This document shows positions 35,813-40,918 of a DNA stretch of 40,918 nucleotides, piece by piece (within the stretch, counting starts at the first letter, position 1; every line of letters begins with the position of its first letter). A program made the translations under genes and the position numbers. This DNA is from an uncultured Bacilli bacterium. GTDB taxonomy: Bacteria; Bacillota_I; Bacilli_A; RF39; UBA660. The notes below the pieces were generated by a model. That model was not told where the DNA came from, ran no database searches, and saw nothing but the letters and a program-made list of their open reading frames with translations. The stretch covers positions 1 to 40,918 of the forward strand of contig CALVSZ010000002.1 in NCBI GenBank assembly GCA_944359705.1, given 5' to 3'.

Positions 35813-38000
35813 TTGCGAGTTCCTCCTCACTTAATTGCGACAAAGCAATTTCTTTATATACATCACAATTTTTCATTAATTCTTCATGCTTACCTATTCC
35901 TACTATACTTCCATTATCCATTACAATTATTTGATCAGCTTTCATTACAGTACTTATTCTTTGAGCAACTATCAAAATAGTACTGTTTTTTGTATACTTA
36001 TTTAACTCTTTACGTAATTTAGCATCAGTTTTATAATCTAAAGCTGAAAAACTATCATCAAATATATATATTTCAGGATCCATAGCTATTGCTCTAGCAA
36101 TAGATAATCTTTGTCTCTGCCCACCACTTACATTAGTACCACCTTGTGAAATTTCACTATTAAATTTATCTTCTTTTTCATTTATAAATTCCAACGATTG
36201 ACTAATCATAGCAGCTTTTTCCAATTCATTTTCTGATATTTTATTTTTACCAAAAGAAATATTAGACTTAATCGTTCCAGTAAATAATATTCCTTTTTGA
36301 GGTACAAAACCAATTTTATGTCTTAATTCTTTTAAATCAGCATCTTTAATATTAATGCCATCAATTAGAATTTTACCTCCTGTAACATCATATAATCTTG
36401 GTATTAAATTTACTAATGTAGATTTACCACTTCCTGTTGAACCAATAAATGCAGTAGTTGTTCCTTTTGTAGCCTTAAAGCTAATATTTTGAAGAACATC
36501 TTCTTCAGCATCAGGATATCTAAAATAAACATCCCTAAATTCTACTGTACCTGTTGTTTCTTTTGGAAAATGTAGAGTTTTTTCTTTATTTTTTATTGAT
36601 ACCTCTTTATTTAAAACTTCTCCTATTCTTTTCAATGATACAAAAGAACGAGGTATCATTATTGAAATTATTGAAATCATTAAGAATGACATAATTATTT
36701 CAATAGTATAAGTTATAAACGCTATTAGACTACCAACTTGCATAGAACCCATATCTACTTTTGAAGATCCTACCCAAATTATTAAGATACTAACAGCATT
36801 CATTATAAACATCATGCTTGGCATCATTAAACTCATAAGTCTATTTACAAATAAATTTGTTTTTGTTAAATCAGTATTCGCCTTATCAAATCTTTTTTCT
36901 TCATATTTTTCATTACCAAAGGCACGAATAACAGGTGTACCAGTTATAATTTCTCTAGATACTAAATTTAACTTATCCAATAATTTTTGAACTAAATTAA
37001 ATTTAGGAAGTGCTAAAGAAAACATTACAACTACTAAAGTGAATATCATTGCAATAGCTAAACCAATAACCCATGCCATAGAACTGCCAGATACTTTTAC
37101 AAAAGCACCTATCCCCATAATAGGAGCATAAATTACCATTCTAAGGCACATTACAGTTAACATTTGAACTTGTTGAATATCATTTGTCGTCCTTGTAATC
37201 AATGAAGCAGTAGAAAAATCTTCAAATTCCTTTGTTGAAAAGCTCATAACTTTACTAGTTACCTTACTTCTTAAATCTCTACTAAAATTAGTTGCTATTT
37301 TAGTTGAAAGATAAGTACTTGAAATAGTTAATAACATAGCTAAAATAGAATAGCCTAACATTATTAAACCAGTTTTTACAATATAATTTATTTGATAGGC
37401 TTCTAAATCAATACCAACTGCTATATATTCATTTTTTACATAATTAATTGCATATTGTTCTAATATACTTGATTCTAAATTTTCGATTTTTTCTTTAGAA
37501 ATTGAAATAAAATTAGATAATTGTTCAGAACTTAAATCATTTATGTTAAAGGAATTAACATCAAAATTTTCTCCAAATAATGCTGTTAAATTATTATTTT
37601 TACTTTCTAACAGTTCTACCATAATAATTGGATAATTTAAAATATCATTTAAATTATCTCTAGAATCAGTGTCAATATCATTTAATAAATATACGCTTTC
37701 ATTTGATAAAACACTATATTTATCAATATATTCATTATCATTTTTTTCTATTTTTGTATAACTTTCATTAACAATATTTTTTTCATCATCATTTAAAAAT
37801 AACATTAATTTATTATATTCACTTTCACGAATAACTTCTAATACGTTATTTTCAATACCACCTTGCTGTATTCCAACATCAACTATTTTTGATGTATAAT
37901 TTGGAAGCTCTAAATTACAATTTGCTTGAAAAAACAAAAGAAGTATTACTAATAAAATTTGCCATGTGTATTTTTTCAACGTATTAAATACATGTTTCAT
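35805..38000 (-). CDS. ABC exporter, fused permease/ATPase half-transporter with a ~190-aa extracytoplasmic insert after TM1
   Basis: Walker A GSTGSGKST, signature VSGGQRQRLSIARA and Walker B IYIFDDSFSALD. The start is moved to the ATG at 38000 (MKHVFNTLKKY...), downstream of the RBS aggaggaat. The track's start at 38084 lies inside the upstream gene. Confidence 0.85.
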   Translation of the reverse strand: MKHVFNTLKKYTWQILLVILLLFFQANCNLELPNYTSKIVDVGIQQGGIENNVLEVIRESEYNKLMLFLNDDEKNIVNESYTKIEKNDNEYIDKYSVLSNESVYLLNDIDTDSRDNLNDILNYPIIMVELLESKNNNLTALFGENFDVNSFNINDLSSEQLSNFISISKEKIENLESSILEQYAINYVKNEYIAVGIDLEAYQINYIVKTGLIMLGYSILAMLLTISSTYLSTKIATNFSRDLRSKVTSKVMSFSTKEFEDFSTASLITRTTNDIQQVQMLTVMCLRMVIYAPIMGIGAFVKVSGSSMAWVIGLAIAMIFTLVVVMFSLALPKFNLVQKLLDKLNLVSREIITGTPVIRAFGNEKYEEKRFDKANTDLTKTNLFVNRLMSLMMPSMMFIMNAVSILIIWVGSSKVDMGSMQVGSLIAFITYTIEIIMSFLMISIISIMIPRSFVSLKRIGEVLNKEVSIKNKEKTLHFPKETTGTVEFRDVYFRYPDAEEDVLQNISFKATKGTTTAFIGSTGSGKSTLVNLIPRLYDVTGGKILIDGINIKDADLKELRHKIGFVPQKGILFTGTIKSNISFGKNKISENELEKAAMISQSLEFINEKEDKFNSEISQGGTNVSGGQRQRLSIARAIAMDPEIYIFDDSFSALDYKTDAKLRKELNKYTKNSTILIVAQRISTVMKADQIIVMDNGSIVGIGKHEELMKNCDVYKEIALSQLSEEELANG

Positions 38001-38016
38001 AAAATTAAAATTCCTC

Positions 38017-40317
38017 CTATTCTGTTCTAAGTGCAATAACCGGATCTTTCTTACTTGCCATAGTAGCAGGAATAAAGCCGCCAATTAAAGTCAAGATTAA
38101 ACTTATAATTATTAATATAAATGCATGAATTGGATTTAATCTAGCAACATTTGCCAAATCCGTAATATTTTCTAAAATTATATTTGCAGGAATTAGTAAA
38201 ATGTATGTTATTATTATACCTATTAAACCAGAACATAAACCAATTATAAAAGTCTCCGCGTTAAATACACGTGTTATATCCTTTTTCCTTGCCCCAAGCG
38301 CTCTTAATATTCCTATTTCTTTAGTGCGCTCTAATACAGAAATATATGTAATTATTCCAATCATAATTGAAGATACTACTAAGGATATAGCTGAAAAAGC
38401 TATTAATACTACTGTAATTGCATTCATAATATCGCTAGATAAAGAAGATATTGTGCTTGCTAAGTCTGTATAAACAATTTTGTGTTCATCATCTTGATTA
38501 TCATTATATTTATCTAAATAGGCAATTATTTCTTCTTTAGTATCAAAATCTTTAGGATATATATTAATCATCATTGGATAAGTGTCTGCCCCTAAATATG
38601 CTAGAGTATTATCTTTCGTTTCAGTTCCACTTTCATCACTTGTAAACACTTCACCAGTTAACACATTATAATTTACTTCTTTTTGTGTTTTAACAATATC
38701 AGATTCATTATTTTTTTCTATAACATAATTTAACAAATCATTTGTATATAACATTCCAGATGTTGAAGTAGTTAATTTATTACTATCTTTACCTCGCATA
38801 ATTCCAACAATTTTTAAAGTAATTGCATTATCACTATTATACATTGAACTATAATCTTGATTAAATGTATAATAACTACCTAAACTTTTATAATAATCAT
38901 TATTTAATACTAGTTTGACTTCTTTATTAATTAAATCTTCAAAAGATATCGTTTTTTGAGTTGTATCAAATCCTAAAGATTCTAATAATTTGGAATCAAG
39001 TCTGTTTTTAGAATCTACTAATATCACTAACTCATTATATTCATTAGGCATATTTCCATATATAATATCATAATTAGACTCCACTATACTTACTCCATCC
39101 TTATCAATATTAACTGGAATTGTTGAAAAATTAGTTGTATTAACAATATTATATTTGTCATTACTATAATTTAAAATATTTAATGCAGTTGCCCTATAAT
39201 ACGAAATACCAGCAACTAATTTTGGATTAATATTTTCTATATAATCAATATATTCATCAGTAAAAATATTTTTATGTGTAATTGTTTCAGTAATTGGTTC
39301 AAGAGGATAAATTTCTTCTTTATCAGTATAACTTTCTAATTCATCATTTTGACCAGTCATTTCAAGCATTGTATCTTCATCCATTTCCATATTAGTTTTA
39401 GATATCATTATAGGTAAAGAAGATAACGTTTCTTTTTCAAAAATATCTATTTGAATGTCAAATCCATTAGATAATGATAGAATTAACGCAATACCAATAA
39501 TACCAATTGAAGAAGCAAAAGCTGTAAGAAATGTTCTCCCTTTTTTAGTAATAATATTGTTGAAAGATAAATTTAAAGCTGTAAAAAAACTCATTGAAGT
39601 TTTTTTTATGTCAAACTTATCATTTTTTTCTTTTTCGTTGGTTATTGGATTACTATCATTAAGCAAATTGCCGTCTCTAAATTCAACAATTCTAGTAGAA
39701 TACTCTTTAGCAAGTTCGGCATTATGTGTAACCATTATAACTAATTTATCTTTAGACAATTCTTTAATTAAATCCATTATTTGCTTACTTGTTTTAGAAT
39801 CCAAAGCTCCAGTTGGTTCATCTGCTAAAATAATATCAGGATCATTAACTATAGCCCTAGCAATTGCTACTCTTTGCATTTGACCTCCGGATAATTGATT
39901 AGGCTTTTTACTCGCATGATCTTTTAAACCAACCTTGTCTAAAGCTTCTAAAGCTTTTTCTCGTCTTTCTTTATGTGATACACCACTTAAGGTCATAGAT
40001 AATTCTACATTTGCTAAAATAGATATATGGCTTATTAAATTATAACTTTGAAAAACAAATCCAATGCAATTATTTCTATATGCATCCCAGTCTCTGTCTT
40101 TAAATTTTTTAGTTGATTTTCCATTTATAATTAGATCACCTTTATCGTATCTATCCAAACCTCCTATTATATTCAACAAAGTAGTTTTTCCACTACCCGA
40201 AGGTCCCAAAATTGATACAAACTCATTTTTCCGAAATTCTAAATTAACATCCTTTAAAACCTGTTGAAAAAAATCGCCAGTTTTATAGCTCTTACATATA
40301 TTTTTTAATTTTAACAT
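38017..40317 (-). CDS. MacB-type ABC protein: N-terminal ATPase fused to an FtsX-like permease with a large extracytoplasmic domain
   Basis: GPSGSGKTTLLNIIGGLD, LSGGQMQRVAIARA and IILADEPTGALD, followed by TM, a ~350-aa loop and three TM helices, with EIGILRALGARKKDI (FtsX/MacB motif). Confidence 0.85.
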   Translation of the reverse strand: MLKLKNICKSYKTGDFFQQVLKDVNLEFRKNEFVSILGPSGSGKTTLLNIIGGLDRYDKGDLIINGKSTKKFKDRDWDAYRNNCIGFVFQSYNLISHISILANVELSMTLSGVSHKERREKALEALDKVGLKDHASKKPNQLSGGQMQRVAIARAIVNDPDIILADEPTGALDSKTSKQIMDLIKELSKDKLVIMVTHNAELAKEYSTRIVEFRDGNLLNDSNPITNEKEKNDKFDIKKTSMSFFTALNLSFNNIITKKGRTFLTAFASSIGIIGIALILSLSNGFDIQIDIFEKETLSSLPIMISKTNMEMDEDTMLEMTGQNDELESYTDKEEIYPLEPITETITHKNIFTDEYIDYIENINPKLVAGISYYRATALNILNYSNDKYNIVNTTNFSTIPVNIDKDGVSIVESNYDIIYGNMPNEYNELVILVDSKNRLDSKLLESLGFDTTQKTISFEDLINKEVKLVLNNDYYKSLGSYYTFNQDYSSMYNSDNAITLKIVGIMRGKDSNKLTTSTSGMLYTNDLLNYVIEKNNESDIVKTQKEVNYNVLTGEVFTSDESGTETKDNTLAYLGADTYPMMINIYPKDFDTKEEIIAYLDKYNDNQDDEHKIVYTDLASTISSLSSDIMNAITVVLIAFSAISLVVSSIMIGIITYISVLERTKEIGILRALGARKKDITRVFNAETFIIGLCSGLIGIIITYILLIPANIILENITDLANVARLNPIHAFILIIISLILTLIGGFIPATMASKKDPVIALRTE

Positions 40318-40339
40318 TATATCAACTCTCCTATATATT

Positions 40340-40774
40340 TTATTTCATTTTTTCCAAATTATTTTTAATCTTTAACATTAGTCTATATACAACAGATAAA
40401 TCGTCTTCACTCATACCTTCAAATATAATATTTCCCATTTTCTTTTTTAATTTCATCATCTGATGATATTTTTCCATACCAATATTTGTTAAATATAATC
40501 GAGCTAATCTCTTATCATTAATATCATTTTTTCTAACAACGTATCCCATATGCTCTAATCTATTTAACATAGTTGTTATAGTCGCCGGTTTTTTCAAAGT
40601 AATATTAGAAAGTTCACTTTGTGTAATACCATTATTTTCAAATATTCTTTCCAATATAATTGGCTGACCTGGGTAAAGATTAATATCAATAAGTTCCTGA
40701 TAATTAATTTTATAATTTAATAATACAATTTCTTTAAACATGTCATAAATATAATCGTATTTTCCCATATTCAC
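40340..40774 (-). CDS. MarR-family transcriptional regulator
   Basis: 144 aa. Winged-helix segment ITQSELSNITLKKPATITTMLNRLEHMGYVVRKNDINDKRLARLYLTNIG. Confidence 0.85.
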   Translation of the reverse strand: MNMGKYDYIYDMFKEIVLLNYKINYQELIDINLYPGQPIILERIFENNGITQSELSNITLKKPATITTMLNRLEHMGYVVRKNDINDKRLARLYLTNIGMEKYHQMMKLKKKMGNIIFEGMSEDDLSVVYRLMLKIKNNLEKMK

Positions 40775-40778
40775 CTCA

Positions 40779-40790
40779 TTAGACGTCTAA
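40779..40790. promoter_or_regulatory. Perfect 12-bp palindrome TTAGACGTCTAA; candidate MarR operator
   Basis: It lies between the predicted -10 box and the marR RBS, and it is unusually G+C-containing for this DNA. Confidence 0.4.
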
Positions 40791-40791
40791 C

Positions 40792-40821
40792 ATTATATAA
40801 CTAAATAGAAATGGAAGTCAA
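40792..40821 (-). promoter_or_regulatory. Sigma-A-type promoter of the marR-ABC operon
   Basis: On the minus strand TTGACT, an 18-nt spacer, then TATAAT. Confidence 0.5.
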
Positions 40822-40842
40822 TACAATCACATAATTTCCCAT

Positions 40843-40868
40843 AAAAAAAATATATACCAAAGTATATA
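40843..40868 (-). terminator. Possible rho-independent terminator of the unit entering from the right edge
   Basis: 7-bp stem tatatac/gtatata with a 4-nt loop, followed by 8 U on the minus strand. The stem is A/U-rich, so this is weak. Confidence 0.4.
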
Positions 40869-40891
40869 TAACAAAAAATAAAAAAAATATT

Positions 40892-40918
40892 AGCAACGAC
40901 CTATTTTCGCGAACCACT
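40892..40918 (-). rRNA. Possible 3' end of a 5S rRNA gene (partial, cut by the window edge)
   Basis: The reverse complement agtggttcgcgaaaataggtcgttgct resembles the 3' end of Firmicute 5S rRNA (..gtgagagtaggacgccgccaagc). Only ~27 nt are visible. Confidence 0.3.

Noticed and set aside
35813-38084. ORF-track N-terminal extensions of the two ABC half-transporters (GTG at 35830; ATG at 38084)
   Set aside because: The 38084 start lies 68 nt inside the upstream MacB-like gene and adds a non-hydrophilic leader. The GTG at 35830 sits within the Shine-Dalgarno sequence itself. Downstream ATGs at 38000 and 35812 have properly spaced RBSs.
38201-40267. Plus-strand ORFs 38201-38473, 39455-39883 and 40064-40267
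   Set aside because: They are antisense to the MacB-like gene, whose ABC motifs fix the coding strand.

Overview
The window is very AT-rich, and nearly every gene is on the minus strand. It uses the standard bacterial code: Trp is TGG, and ORFs run up to 1839 aa without interruption. An intact pro-sigma-K gene points to a low-GC, endospore-lineage Firmicute rather than a mollicute. There are four blocks. (1) 1-13.0 kb holds three copies of an Amidase_3/LysM autolysin gene: one intact, one 5' fragment and one decayed internal fragment. Two 360-bp direct repeats bracket a promoter-driven nine-gene accessory array with no recombinase: an AbiEi/AbiEii module followed by seven poorly characterised genes (DUF6429-like, SWIM, three MM3350/pRiA4b-ORF3-like modules and three unknowns). 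dinD lies to the left of the intact amidase. (2) 13-17.8 kb carries a Fic-like protein with a degenerate motif, a GH25/LysM muramidase, a J-domain protein, sigK and a divergent L28-like small ORF that is missing from the ORF track. (3) 17.8-31.7 kb is the most unusual part. One tightly packed 11-gene operon joins three N-terminally anchored surface proteins (1839, 472 and 244 aa) to a non-canonical F1-like ATPase cassette. The cassette has a c-like subunit without the ion-binding carboxylate, then b-like, alpha, beta, epsilon-like, an extra membrane protein, gamma-like and an acidic tail protein, and it lacks the a and delta subunits. The beta gene carries one in-frame TAA. (4) 31.7-40.9 kb holds three monocistronic paralogs with SipW/TasA-camelysin-type signal peptides, then a MarR-regulated operon with a MacB-like ABC protein and a heterodimeric ABC exporter, and possibly the 3' tip of a 5S rRNA gene. 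I found no CRISPR array, transposase or tRNA.
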